NCBI GenBank assembly: GCA_036918135.1
Contig: JBALDB010000067.1
Location: forward strand, 64,001 to 128,000
From: Nostoc sp.
GTDB lineage: Bacteria > Cyanobacteriota > Cyanobacteriia > Cyanobacteriales > Nostocaceae
DNA: 64,000 nucleotides
Direction: 5' to 3'
Shown: one piece after another, positions 11,393-21,469 of the stretch
How positions within the stretch are numbered: the stretch's first letter is position 1
How the letters are laid out: every line of letters starts with the position of its first letter
The notes under the pieces: generated by a model
The model's input: the letters and a program-made list of their open reading frames with translations, nothing else
Database searches by the model: none
What the model was told of the DNA's origin: nothing
Program-made: the position numbers and the translations under genes

Positions 11393-12469
11393 TTATTCTT
11401 CTTCCTCTAATTCGACTTCCTCTTCTTCGTCTTCATTAGACTTTGATACAGAGTTAGCAGAAACAACAGCGCCTTTATCTAGCTTTTCCCGCACGAGTTG
11501 CTTAATTTGTTCCGCAAATTCTGGCTTTTCTTCTAGATACTTAATGGCATTGTCTCGTCCTTGAGAGATGTTATCGCCGTTGTAGCTGTACCAAGCTCCT
11601 TTACGGATAATAATGCCAGTTTCTTCTGCTAGATCCACGAGGCAACCCAAGATAGAAACACCTTTACCAAAAATAATATCAAATTCCGCAACTCTGAAAG
11701 GCGGTGCTACTTTATTTTTGGCAACTTTAACTTTAACGCGGTTACCAAATTCATCTGTACCTTTTTTCAAAGTTTGAATCCGGCGAATATCCAAGCGCAC
11801 GGAAGCATAAAACTTCAATGCGTTACCTCCAGTAGTGGTTTCTGGACTTCCGTAGGTAACACCGATTTTTTGCCGCAACTGGTTAATGAAAATAACTGTG
11901 CAGCCTGATTTACCAATATTACCAGTGATTTTACGTAAAGCTTGGCTCATCAACCTCGCTTGGAGACCAACGTGAGCATCACCCATATCGCCTTCAATTT
12001 CAGCACGGGGAACTAACGCTGCTACCGAGTCAATAACTACAATATCAACCGCAGCAGAACGAACCAGCTGATCGACAATTTCCAAAGCGGCTTCTCCTGT
12101 GTCAGGTTGAGAAACCAGCAAATTTTCAATATCTACACCCAATGCCGCAGCGTAAGTGGGGTCGAGGGCATGTTCAGCATCAACAAACGCAGCAATGCCA
12201 CCTTCTTTTTGCACTTCCGCGAGTGCATGTAACGCTACTGTGGTTTTACCGGAACTTTCCGGTCCATAAATCTCAATTACCCGTCCTTTGGGTAAACCGC
12301 CTCCCAATGCCAAATCCAAGGTCAACGCCCCACTGGAAATTGTTTCCACCCGCATCCGGGTAGCATCCCCTAAGCGCATGATTGCTCCTTTTCCAAAGCT
12401 GCGCTCAATCTGGTTGAGTACTATATTTAACGCTTTTTGCTTGCCAGAAGTATCGGTGTTGATAGCCAT
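11393..12469 (-). CDS. recA: Recombinase RecA
   Basis: GPESSGKTT Walker [17 protein letters not shown] and [10 protein letters not shown] motifs. Confidence 0.99.
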   Translation of the reverse strand: MAINTDTSGKQKALNIVLNQIERSFGKGAIMRLGDATRMRVETISSGALTLDLALGGGLPKGRVIEIYGPESSGKTTVALHALAEVQKEGGIAAFVDAEHALDPTYAAALGVDIENLLVSQPDTGEAALEIVDQLVRSAAVDIVVIDSVAALVPRAEIEGDMGDAHVGLQARLMSQALRKITGNIGKSGCTVIFINQLRQKIGVTYGSPETTTGGNALKFYASVRLDIRRIQTLKKGTDEFGNRVKVKVAKNKVAPPFRVAEFDIIFGKGVSILGCLVDLAEETGIIIRKGAWYSYNGDNISQGRDNAIKYLEEKPEFAEQIKQLVREKLDKGAVVSANSVSKSNEDEEEEVELEEEE

Positions 12470-12520
12470 TAGAGCCTCTAAGTATATGGATTTTTAGGAG
12501 TCTGGATTTAGAGTTTGAGT

Positions 12521-12534
12521 AGAACAGATATACT
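12521..12534 (-). promoter_or_regulatory. Cyanobacterial LexA (SOS) box upstream of recA
   Basis: Minus strand reads AGTATATCTGTTCT about 50 bp upstream of the recA start. This is one mismatch from the cyanobacterial LexA consensus RGTACNNNDGTWCB. Confidence 0.75.
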
Positions 12535-12732
12535 ATTTTAAACCAGAAAATTCTGGAATAGGACTTCTCAAATTAAAAAAGGGTGTGACAAGATCGTAAC
12601 CCGATCGCTACCTGATTAAGGTAGTCCTGCACAATAATACCAACTTGCATTCAGAGATTGCTTCCTTTGGGTAAGTGACTCAGAGATTTTCAAAGAAAAA
12701 TTATTTAAACAACTAACTGGCTTTATCAACTG

Positions 12733-12832
12733 TATAGCAGGAGGCAGGGGGCAGGAGGCAGGAGGTGAAAACATTACTCTTCCTGATATTCACGTTTGTC
12801 ATTATGTCCTAACCTATATGACTACGGCTATA
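12733..12832. repeat. MITE-like dispersed repeat (TATAGC...GCTATA ends); second copy at 44049-44186
   Basis: Shares GCAGGAGG...ATTCACG(T/C)TTGTCATTATGTCCTAA...GACTA(C/T)GGCTATA with the copy at 44049. Confidence 0.65.
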
Positions 12833-13023
12833 TAGCTTAGGCTGCTTTGTCTTGAAGAGAAAAGCCTAGCTACTATTAGGGCGCGACCGTTCCTCGAATC
12901 GCGATCGCCCCCGACATTGATAAGTTTAGTAAAGTTAAGATTATGGTTAAATCCAGCCTGTTGGCATTAAGATTGCGTACTGATAAACTGGTAATATAAT
13001 TTACATATATTATATTGAGAAAC

Positions 13024-13557
13024 GTGAATAAGTCACAAAGTATTAAGCTGCTTGAAAGTGAGGGATGGACAAAAGCAGATGCTATACGTGCATTGGAAGT
13101 CATTGACTTTAGTACCAATCCTGATGAGATTACCATTCGCAGAGCTATCTCGCCTTTTACTGGTTCTGAGCTAATTAGGCGTCAGCGTCTTCAAGCTGCT
13201 CAGAAAGGTTTGGTAACAAAGAAAAGCAATGAAATAGAGAGAAATAATCAGGAATATGCTGCTAAAGTCGAGCAACTGAAGAAATATCAAAAACAACAAA
13301 ATGAAAAATATGAAACCGATATTAAAAGTTTAACTGACACAAACAGAGTGTTAGAAATGAAAATAAAAAATATAACTACTCAAAATCATGAGTTAATGCA
13401 AGTAAATGACCAACTTAAAAAAGATAATAAAGCATTAAAAAATTTAATAGATGAAATTAAGCTAAAATTAGCTATTAATACTAAAAAGCTTCTTCAGTAT
13501 AAAGATAGTGAAATTCGTCAAGCTTTAATTATTATGTTTAAATCAACACTAGGCTAA
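13024..13557 (+). CDS. Hypothetical protein: small helical N-terminal domain plus long coiled coil
   Basis: Long ORF, heptad-rich C-terminal half, first gene of a tight three-gene unit. GTG start at 13024 is likely. Confidence 0.75.
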   Translation: MNKSQSIKLLESEGWTKADAIRALEVIDFSTNPDEITIRRAISPFTGSELIRRQRLQAAQKGLVTKKSNEIERNNQEYAAKVEQLKKYQKQQNEKYETDIKSLTDTNRVLEMKIKNITTQNHELMQVNDQLKKDNKALKNLIDEIKLKLAINTKKLLQYKDSEIRQALIIMFKSTLG

Positions 13558-13569
13558 TTGACTATATTT

Positions 13570-13974
13570 ATGAGTAATAAAAAAATAACTTTTCAAGGTA
13601 TGAGTTATCGTGATGTTCAACGTGCTAACTCCAATCATCGAACTCAGCTAGATAAAGAAGACCAAACTTGGCTAAAAGAAAATTATTACAAAAATATTGG
13701 CTGGAATCATATTATTAGTCTTTATAAAAAACTAGAAGAGTTTTTATTAAATAAATATTTGTATAGAGAATTAACACTTGAGGAATTATTTTTAGAGGCA
13801 GATAGAATTGGAAATAAATATCTCACACCTCAAGAAATACAAAACTTTAATCAAAGCTTATCCAGAGAAGTCAATGATATTGCAGAAGAAATCGATAATC
13901 AATTTCCCGATACAGAAATAGAATTTATTGATTTTACTAAAAAAACTAGTAAAAGATATTGGAATAAAATCTAA
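13570..13974 (+). CDS. Hypothetical protein
   Basis: ORF immediately downstream of the previous gene; ATG at 13570 (MSNKK). Confidence 0.7.
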   Translation: MSNKKITFQGMSYRDVQRANSNHRTQLDKEDQTWLKENYYKNIGWNHIISLYKKLEEFLLNKYLYRELTLEELFLEADRIGNKYLTPQEIQNFNQSLSREVNDIAEEIDNQFPDTEIEFIDFTKKTSKRYWNKI

Positions 13975-13997
13975 AAATTTTAACTTCTGGAAAAAAT

Positions 13998-14450
13998 ATG
14001 GTGAATTTCCAAGATAAAAAACTGAAAGAATTGTTTGCTCTGGCAAATCAAATTGGTAATAAGCGATATCACAGACTAACTTCAGAAGATTTTGAAAATT
14101 ACAGAAAATTCGATTACTGGCGCTATATCAATGGTGATTATGAATGTGGAACAACCCAAGAAAGTAAAGATTGGGTCAAAAAAAATTCAAACTGGTACTG
14201 TCCAATTTGTGGGCATCACTACTCTGATAAAGGTGGTAAGACGATAGATCACAAACTACCTCGGTCACAATATCCCTGGTTATCAATAGAATTCAATAAT
14301 TTATGGGTCATTTGCCAGATTTGTAACCGAGATAAGAGTGAGATGCATTGGTACGAGTATGAACACTATATATTTGTTCGCTATCCTAATCTTTATCTTT
14401 CTGTAAAAACTGCACGTCCTAGCTCGTTGCTCCAGTCTTTAAAAGACTAA
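13998..14450 (+). CDS. HNH endonuclease with zinc knuckles
   Basis: CPICG...TIDHKLPRS...NNLWVICQICNRDK. Confidence 0.85.
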   Translation: MVNFQDKKLKELFALANQIGNKRYHRLTSEDFENYRKFDYWRYINGDYECGTTQESKDWVKKNSNWYCPICGHHYSDKGGKTIDHKLPRSQYPWLSIEFNNLWVICQICNRDKSEMHWYEYEHYIFVRYPNLYLSVKTARPSSLLQSLKD

Positions 14451-14697
14451 ACCAAGTAATGTAATCACCTACTTTTTTTCACACTATTTACGAAATATAA
14501 CGGCGATCGCATTCAATCTCTGTTAGCAATCAATCTAAAAAATCAGATATATTAAGTTGATAGCAAACCAAGGTAAGTCCTAACAATGATACTCACAATA
14601 TCTCAGGATTTATTCAGATGAATTAGCTAAACAAGGCTGATAAATCAAAATTGTCATTCACCTGACTGGTAGTATTGATTACGTTTAAATTCGTTAA

Positions 14698-14827
14698 TAA
14701 GTTGATGGACATAAATAAATATAATACGTTCTGTCATTGCGAGCGAAGCGAAGCAATCCCAGAGAGCTTGTGATTGCTTCGCTTCGCTCGTAATGACATC
14801 TTAAATTTCATCATGTCTATCTACTTA
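14698..14827. mobile_element. MITE of about 130 bp with 14-bp terminal inverted repeats and an internal REP-like palindrome
   Basis: Ends TAAGTTGATGGACA / TGTCTATCTACTTA; internal GTCATTGCGAGCGAAGCGAAGCAATC...GATTGCTTCGCTTCGCTCGTAATGAC; second copy at 19636-19766. Confidence 0.75.
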
Positions 14828-14887
14828 CATACCTCTCAATTAACGTTATTTGCTAAGATTTGATTAAGCTTTTGCTGCCAGGCATCT

Positions 14888-16123
14888 TTGATGACTTTTG
14901 ACCTTCCCGACTCTCTGATTCTCGATACTGCGCTATCGGTATCTGGTTTAACTGACTATATCCGCTTGCTGTTAGAGCAAGATGAACAATTGCGGCAAGT
15001 TTGGGTGACTGGGGAAGTTTCCAGTGCTAACCACCATCGCAGTGGGTTATTTTTCACGCTGCAAGATACAGACGGCACCGCCGGAATTAAGTGTGTAGTA
15101 TGGAATAGCCAATTGCCTAAACTCGCTCAGATACCCGTTCCTGGCGAGCAGATAATTATTTTGGGCAGTATTCGCTTGTATCCGCAACGGGGAGAATATC
15201 AGTTATCAGTTTGGCAGAGTCTACCTGCTGGTGTTGGTTTACAAGCGCTACGCTATCAACAACTAAAAAATCGCTTGTTGGCTGAGGGATTATTCGATCC
15301 ACAAAGAAAGCGATCGCTCCCCATTCACCCGCAAACGATCGCTGTTGTCACTTCACCAACTGCGGCGGCTTGGGGTGATATTCAAAAAACTCTCAAGCAA
15401 AGGTATCCAGGTTTACACGTTTTATTTTCTCCAGCTACAGTACAAGGGGAGCAAGCACCAGAATCCATCGTCAAAGCAATTGAGCGAGTTGACTGGGATG
15501 GTCGCGCTGAAGTGCTAATTTTATCGCGTGGTGGTGGCGCGGTTGAAGAATTGGCTTGCTTCAACGATGAACGAGTAGTGCGAGCTGTTGCTAGTTGTTC
15601 GATTCCTGTAATTACTGGCATTGGTCATCAACGAGATGAATCTTTGGTAGATTTAGTTGCAGATGTATGTGTGCATACGCCAACGGCCGCGGCGGAAACA
15701 GTTGTACCCGCAATTGCAGAGTTGTATGCTGAGCATCAGCAGCGAGTTATAGCCTTGCATGAAGTCATGCATGATTCGTGGGAAGCTGCTGAAAATAAAT
15801 TGCAAGCATTGCGAAACCGTTTGCAACGTTTGCGGTTAGAAAGGCTCGTGCAGCAAGAGGCGCGTAATCTCAGCTGGAAGCGTCAGCAATTGGTGCAAGT
15901 CACAATGGGGCGATCGCAGCAAGCAAAGCAGCATTTAGAATTGTTGCGGCAAAAGTTGGCAACTCTCGACCCCAAAGCTGTGTTGCAGCGTGGCTATGCC
16001 GTGGTGAGACAGGAAAATGGCGCGATCGCTCGTGCTGCGGCTGAGTTAGAAGTAGGGCAAGATTTATCGATTCAGTTGGGACAGGGTGAGGTTAAAGTAA
16101 AAGTTACGGAAGTAAAAAAGTAG
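14888..16123 (+). CDS. xseA: Exodeoxyribonuclease VII large subunit
   Basis: VWVTGEVS OB-fold, VVTSPTAAAWGDI, SRGGG, TGIGHQRD, TPTAAAE and LQRGYA motifs. Confidence 0.96.
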   Translation: MMTFDLPDSLILDTALSVSGLTDYIRLLLEQDEQLRQVWVTGEVSSANHHRSGLFFTLQDTDGTAGIKCVVWNSQLPKLAQIPVPGEQIIILGSIRLYPQRGEYQLSVWQSLPAGVGLQALRYQQLKNRLLAEGLFDPQRKRSLPIHPQTIAVVTSPTAAAWGDIQKTLKQRYPGLHVLFSPATVQGEQAPESIVKAIERVDWDGRAEVLILSRGGGAVEELACFNDERVVRAVASCSIPVITGIGHQRDESLVDLVADVCVHTPTAAAETVVPAIAELYAEHQQRVIALHEVMHDSWEAAENKLQALRNRLQRLRLERLVQQEARNLSWKRQQLVQVTMGRSQQAKQHLELLRQKLATLDPKAVLQRGYAVVRQENGAIARAAAELEVGQDLSIQLGQGEVKVKVTEVKK

Positions 16124-16167
16124 TTTAGACATATAGCGACTTACAACAGATTACTGTCAAGATTTAA

Positions 16168-16397
16168 ATAGTTAAACGTAAGAGTGCTTCTAGTTCTGAT
16201 TCAATCGATTGGAATTATGAGGCAAAAGTTATTGAAATAGAACGAATCATCGCTGCATCGAAGCGAGTGAGTTGGAATTGCAAGAAGTCTTCGACCAATT
16301 TGCTAAAGCTATAGAGTATTTGCGTCAGTGCGAAAGTTTTTTGCAGCAGCGACAGCAGCAAGTAGATTTATTGATTGAAACTTTGAGCGATGAGTAG
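16168..16397 (+). pseudogene. xseB: xseB pseudogene
   Basis: Aligns with the intact xseB at 19270, but ATG is changed to ATA and a 1-bp deletion (GCTCGCATT to GCTGCATC) shifts the frame. Confidence 0.85.
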
Positions 16398-16669
16398 AAA
16401 TATTCAAATTTGTTAGCTAGCGTGACTGTCCCCTAATATACTGTCAGGGATGCGATCGCTCGATTTTGTAAACAATGCCAAAAATCGATCGCAGCTGTAA
16501 TCACAGAGATAGCTAGAAACCAGATTTAGATATATGCGATCGCCACATCTCAAGGCGTGTTGGCGTAGCCCGCCGCAGGCATCGCCAAAAAGCGAAGATG
16601 TAGCATTTTTACCTAATCAGTTAAGATAATCTTTATCAATCTTCTTTCCTCACCCTTTTCCTTGAAATT

Positions 16670-17036
16670 ATGACGCAGGATGAGTTATTGCTACTGATGG
16701 ATCGCGCTGTGGCTGAGGGTTGGCAAGAGTTAGACTTGTCGGGGCAGGAGTTGACTGAGTTACCTGTAGAAATTGGTAAGTTGCAGCAGCTTGAGTCCTT
16801 GATTTTGGGAGAGAAGGTTGAAGGTTATGAATACGTAGGAGACCCCCTTATCGAAAAGGTTTCAGGCAACAATTTAAAACGCTTCCACTCGAACTATTGG
16901 GTTTGCCTAATTTGCGTAAGTTGGATGTTAGTGGCAATCCTTTAGAAAGCATTCCCGATGTGGTAACGCAAATACTACATTTAGAGGAACTTATCTTAAT
17001 TCGAGTAGAGTTAACTGAAATACCTAATGCGATCGC
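16670..17036 (+). pseudogene. Truncated, frameshifted leucine-rich-repeat gene (N-terminus typical of cyanobacterial LRR/Roc-COR proteins)
   Basis: WQELDLSGQELTELPVEIGKLQQLESLIL, then after a frameshift LPLELLGLPNLRKLDVSGNPLESIPDVVTQILHLEELIL...EIPNAIA, ending at a HIP1 site. Confidence 0.8.
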
Positions 17037-17176
17037 TTGCAAAGATATCTGGAAGTGAGCGACGAGCAGGTGTTGGAGGCGGGGGTGGCGTTGTCGATGC
17101 TGTCTCCTGTTGGGGGAGATGTCGGGAAATATGGTAATCTTGTAAATCTATTTTTTTATCTTAAGAGGATGTTCAA

Positions 17177-17932
17177 ATGCCAGAAACACAAGTTGGAGAT
17201 ATTAGCATTTATTACGAGGTGAAAGGCAGTGGATATCCACTACTCATGATTATGGGTTTAAGCTTCAGCCTTTTGGACTGGGGGGATGTGTTTCTTGATG
17301 AACTGGCGAAACATTACCAAGTCATTGTGTTTGATAACCGCGATTCTGGACGTACAAAAAGTCAGTCAACAGACAACTACACCACTGCTGATATGGCAAA
17401 TGATGCAGCAGGATTGCTTAATGCTTTAGGAATAGCACAAGCTCATGTTCTTGGACTCAGCATGGGTGGTATGATTGCTCAACTGTTTGCCTTGAGACAT
17501 GCTAGCAAGCTTAATAAATTGATATTATCCTGCACAATGGCAGGTGGAGATTGTAGCGATTTCAATCCAAATAATCAAGGAGATTTATTGGATCTTCTTT
17601 TTCCAGAATCATACTTAGCTATCTCTAATAACCGGGAAAAAGCAGAAGATTTTTTCAAAAAAACCTCACTTTATCACAGTCAACCAGATGGTTTGAGCAG
17701 ACTAATACAGGCGCACAATACTCACGATACCTGTAATTTCTTGCAAGGCATTAAAGCACCTACTTTAATTATTACTGGAGATAGCGATTCCGTAATTCCT
17801 CCTGTAAATAGTAATATTTTGAATAACAAAATTTCTGGTTCAGAACTCAAAATTATTAAACAAGCCGGACATGGGTTTCTTTATAGTCATACTGCTGAAT
17901 TTGCAAAAATTTTGATTGATTTTTTATCGTAA
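17177..17932 (+). CDS. Alpha/beta fold hydrolase
   Basis: GLSMGG nucleophile elbow, GDSD acid residue, AGHG catalytic His. Confidence 0.9.
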   Translation: MPETQVGDISIYYEVKGSGYPLLMIMGLSFSLLDWGDVFLDELAKHYQVIVFDNRDSGRTKSQSTDNYTTADMANDAAGLLNALGIAQAHVLGLSMGGMIAQLFALRHASKLNKLILSCTMAGGDCSDFNPNNQGDLLDLLFPESYLAISNNREKAEDFFKKTSLYHSQPDGLSRLIQAHNTHDTCNFLQGIKAPTLIITGDSDSVIPPVNSNILNNKISGSELKIIKQAGHGFLYSHTAEFAKILIDFLS

Positions 17933-18049
17933 TTCAAACTGACTTTTCACGGCATGTGGAAAAGGTTATTTTGATGGTTTCCCAAGCCCTAATTTCTCTG
18001 GTAGCTATTTGAAATAATTCCCACCTTCCATTTGATGAAAATTGAGCTA

Positions 18050-18238
18050 GCGCTCGCCAAAACAACAAATGCGCTCGCCAAAACAACAAATGCGCTCGCC
18101 AAAATAACAAATGTGTTCGCCGAAATCACAAATGTGTTCGCCGAAATCACAAATGTGTTCGCCAAAATAACAAATGGGTTCGCCAAAATCACAAATGCGA
18201 TCGCCGAAATTACAAATGAGGTCACTAAAATAACAAAT
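18050..18238. repeat. 21-bp tandem repeat, 9 imperfect units
   Basis: Consensus G(C/T)G(C/T)TCGCC(A/G)AAAT(A/C)ACAAAT, head to tail with no spacers. Confidence 0.9.
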
Positions 18239-18345
18239 GCTGGATCGCTATGCTTCAGTATCCTAGTTTTTATCTCACGCAAAGGCGCAAAGGAAGAAAG
18301 CAAGGAATAAGATTGTGGTCTAAATACATGAAAACTGCTGTAATA

Positions 18346-19053
18346 TCAGCTATTGTTCAACTGCTGAACAAACGCTTGATGTTCATCTGAACTTAGCCCT
18401 TTTTGCAATACCGCTAATACCTGTTGCATATTTCCCGCAACTAATGCTGAGACATCCAGCCACAATCCTGGAAACACTTGACTTTCAATTATCCTTGACA
18501 TATTTGGTATTAACGCCACATATTCACCATCCTGTAAGCTGAACCAACTCACAGTACTTTCAAAAACCTGCCAAACAATATATTCCTGAATGCCATTGCG
18601 ACGATAAGCATGTTTTTTATCATGCAAATCTTTGCTAGCACTGCTGGCGGCAACTTCTGCAACTAATTCTGGCATACCTTCGATGTAACCATCATTACCT
18701 ATATAAGACAATCCACCACAGGCTGCATCGATTAACAAAATGGCATCTGGCTGGGGTTCATTATCTAAATCTAGTCGCACAGTTGGATTATCACCCAATC
18801 TTACACCAGGCGTAGCTACTTTATAATTTCCCAGCCAAATCATCAAATTAGCATGTGGTTCGGCGTGGGATTCAAAGCGCAAAGGTAATGCCACGTAAAC
18901 GACTCCTTCAATCAATTCGGCTTTCTTGAGGTTGGGCATGGCATTGTAGCGACGCTCAAATTCTGGACGAGTCAGGCGATCGCCACTCTCAAGAGGCAGA
19001 ATGTCGGAGCGAGAATGGGTGGGAATCGGATGTTGTGGGGGAGTGTTGACCAC
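18346..19053 (-). CDS. Uma2 family (PD-(D/E)xK-like) putative endonuclease
   Basis: AELIEGVV, EPQPD, PELVAEV and KKHAYRRNGIQEYIVW motifs. Confidence 0.9.
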   Translation of the reverse strand: MVNTPPQHPIPTHSRSDILPLESGDRLTRPEFERRYNAMPNLKKAELIEGVVYVALPLRFESHAEPHANLMIWLGNYKVATPGVRLGDNPTVRLDLDNEPQPDAILLIDAACGGLSYIGNDGYIEGMPELVAEVAASSASKDLHDKKHAYRRNGIQEYIVWQVFESTVSWFSLQDGEYVALIPNMSRIIESQVFPGLWLDVSALVAGNMQQVLAVLQKGLSSDEHQAFVQQLNNS

Positions 19054-19091
19054 AAAAAGCAGGCACTACAGGTGGTTAAATTGATTGTATC

Positions 19092-19211
19092 GTAGTGCAT
19101 GAGGACGACAAAGAAGATAATGGCGATCGTGTGCGGCTGGAGTCCGACAAGATTTGTTGGATCAATTGGGGCAGGGTAGAGTTAAAGTGAAGGTTGTAAA
19201 AATAAATATAG
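19092..19211 (+). pseudogene. Degenerate second copy of the xseA 3' end
   Basis: CAAGATTTGTTGGATCAATTGGGGCAGGGTAGAGTTAAAGTGAAGGTT matches xseA CAAGATTTATCGATTCAGTTGGGACAGGGTGAGGTTAAAGTAAAAGTT. Confidence 0.7.
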
Positions 19212-19269
19212 ACTCAAAGCGGCTTGCTGTAGGCTACCCCACGAGGCAATAGAGGACACAGAGAGATTA

Positions 19270-19503
19270 ATGGTTAGACGCAAGAATTCTTCTAATTCTG
19301 AACCGATGGAAGGTTGGAATTATGAGTCGAAGGTTATTGAAATAGAGGGAATTATCGCTCGCATTGAAGCGGGCGAGTTGGAATTAGAAGAGGTTTTTGA
19401 CCAATTTGGCAAAGCTGTTGAGTATTTGCGTCAGTGCGAAAGTTTTTTGCAACAGCGACAGCAACAAGTAGATTTATTGATTGAAACTTTGAGTGATAAT
19501 TAG
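19270..19503 (+). CDS. xseB: Exodeoxyribonuclease VII small subunit
   Basis: [43 protein letters not shown] helical-hairpin signature; lies downstream of xseA. Confidence 0.9.
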   Translation: MVRRKNSSNSEPMEGWNYESKVIEIEGIIARIEAGELELEEVFDQFGKAVEYLRQCESFLQQRQQQVDLLIETLSDN

Positions 19504-19635
19504 TAGCAACAATCTGCGTAAAACCTAATAGTATAAATTTTACTCAATATGAATAATCTACTGTAATTGTAAATTCTATATCCATGTAGTAGACTTTTTT
19601 CAACAAGTAGCAAAGTATGTGAAGTGGTTTTATTA

Positions 19636-19766
19636 TAAGTTGATAGACAATGATTAAATCTAAAATGTCATTGCGAGCGAAGCGAAGCAATCCCAGAGAG
19701 CTTGTGATTGCTTCGCTTCGCTCGCAATGACAGAACGTATTATATTTATTTATGTCTATCAACTTA
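19636..19766. mobile_element. MITE, second copy of the 14698-14827 element
   Basis: Perfect 14-bp TIR TAAGTTGATAGACA / TGTCTATCAACTTA and the same internal palindrome. Confidence 0.78.
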
Positions 19767-20072
19767 AATATCCTGAATTTGATAAAAAATAATAGTTCTT
19801 TGTTAGTTGCAAAAAATTTAAAAGTCGCATTTATTTAGATTTTAACAAAGTATAAATTACTGGGTCTTTATTAACTAGCTCGGTAAAGAATCCAGTTATT
19901 TTTGATTTTTAAAAAAATTATTACATTAGTAAGAATACACGAAAGGCAAAATTTGGTAAATTAACTCGCAACGCCTAATCAAAAATCCTTTGATAAATCT
20001 TATCATCTGACCAATCGTCAGAATTTTAGATATTTTGGCAACTACTAACTTGTAACTTGATACATCAAAATT

Positions 20073-20834
20073 ATGAAACCATTTCTTTTTGTAACCGACC
20101 TGGATGACACCTTGGTATATCGTACTGTGGGAAATGACGATACTTTACCAAAGTTGAACCAATTGCTGAATCAACATCGTCAAGAATATGGCACAAAAAT
20201 TGTTTATTCTACGGGGCGATCGCCTCAGCTTTATCAAGAACTTCAACTTCAAAAAAATCTTTTGCAACCGGACGCTTTAGTGCTTGCTGTGGGCACAGAA
20301 ATCTACCTTAATAGTGGTAAAACTTTAGATTCAAGTTGGTCAGAAATCCTCTCCCCTGGTTGGGATCGCGAACTTATTTTATCTATAACCAAAAATTTCC
20401 CCGAATTAAAGCCGCAACCAGAATCAGAACAGCTTGCTTTTAAAGTGAGTTTTTTTGTTCCTCAAGAAATAGCGGTTAATATCTTACCGCAACTTGAGGC
20501 AGAGTTGAATAAATATAAATTAAATGTAAAGTTAATCTACAGTAGCGAAATAGACCTTGACATTGTACCCCTTACCAGCGATAAAGGTCAAGCAATGCAA
20601 TTTTTGCGCCAAAAGTGGAAATTTGCAGTAGAACAAACAGTTGTCTGTGGTGATTCAGGTAATGATATTGCTTTATTTGCTGTAGGCAACGAAAGGGGAA
20701 TCATAGTCGGTAATGCTCGAAAAGAGTTACTCCAGTGGCACAACGAGTATCCGGCTGACCATCATTACCTAGCACAAGATTTTTGTGCAGGTGGAATTCT
20801 AGAAGGATTAAAATATTTTGGTTTTTTAGAATGA
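20073..20834 (+). CDS. spp: Sucrose-phosphate phosphatase (HAD subfamily IIB)
   Basis: [17 protein letters not shown] and CGDSGND motifs, GIIVGNA. Confidence 0.9.
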   Translation: MKPFLFVTDLDDTLVYRTVGNDDTLPKLNQLLNQHRQEYGTKIVYSTGRSPQLYQELQLQKNLLQPDALVLAVGTEIYLNSGKTLDSSWSEILSPGWDRELILSITKNFPELKPQPESEQLAFKVSFFVPQEIAVNILPQLEAELNKYKLNVKLIYSSEIDLDIVPLTSDKGQAMQFLRQKWKFAVEQTVVCGDSGNDIALFAVGNERGIIVGNARKELLQWHNEYPADHHYLAQDFCAGGILEGLKYFGFLE

Positions 20835-21469
20835 TTAGCTATCTCAAAGGAATCGTTGCTGGTATTCAAACAATTGGTAATCGGGTTGTTCTGACTCTGG
20901 AAGTAAATGGCTTGGGGTATGATTTGCAAGTTCCCCAACGCCTAGTACAGCAGTTACCAGATTCAGGAGGAGTGGCGCAAATCTTTACCCATTTGCAAAT
21001 TCGAGAAGAAATCCCATTCCTATATGGCTTTGCTTCTCCAGCCGAACGCGATTTATTTCGCCAGTTGCTAACGGTTAGCGGTATTGGTGCAGCAAGCGCG
21101 ATCGCTTTATTAGACACTTTGGAACTACCAGATTTAGTCCAAGCAATTATCGCTGCCAATACCCAAGTTTTAATTCAAGCCCCAGGTGTCGGCAAGAAAA
21201 CTGCAGAACGCATCTGTTTGGAATTGAAAAGCAAGTTAATCGAGTGGCGCAAATCAGCAGGGTTCTTCGTCGCCACCGATGGCCCTGCACCCGGAATTCT
21301 CGAAGAAGTGCAAATGACTCTCTTTGCTTTAGGATATACTGCCCATGAAGTCAGTCACGCTTTGCATGTAGTAAGCGAAGACATCGGACTACCAAAAGAC
21401 GCCTATGTAGAAGATTGGATTAAACAAGCGATCGCTCATCTCAGTAATAGCGAACAAGTTGGTTATTAG
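20831..21469 (+). CDS. ruvA: Holliday junction branch migration protein RuvA
   Basis: MISYLKG, EVNGLGY, LYGF, VSGIG and [11 protein letters not shown] motifs. The true start at 20831 forms an ATGA overlap with spp. Confidence 0.96.
   Translation: MISYLKGIVAGIQTIGNRVVLTLEVNGLGYDLQVPQRLVQQLPDSGGVAQIFTHLQIREEIPFLYGFASPAERDLFRQLLTVSGIGAASAIALLDTLELPDLVQAIIAANTQVLIQAPGVGKKTAERICLELKSKLIEWRKSAGFFVATDGPAPGILEEVQMTLFALGYTAHEVSHALHVVSEDIGLPKDAYVEDWIKQAIAHLSNSEQVGY

Noticed and set aside
18050..18238. Possible CRISPR array
   Set aside because: Units are contiguous with no unique spacers, and no cas genes are in the window.
18346..19053. Uma2 gene as a restriction or defence system
   Set aside because: Uma2 genes are highly multicopy in cyanobacteria, and no methylase or partner gene is present.
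19544..19762. 72-aa ORF containing CHCERSEAI
   Set aside because: Translation of the REP-like palindrome inside the MITE.
20783..20830. Extended RuvA N-terminus
   Set aside because: Overlaps spp; the canonical MISYLKG start is at 20831.
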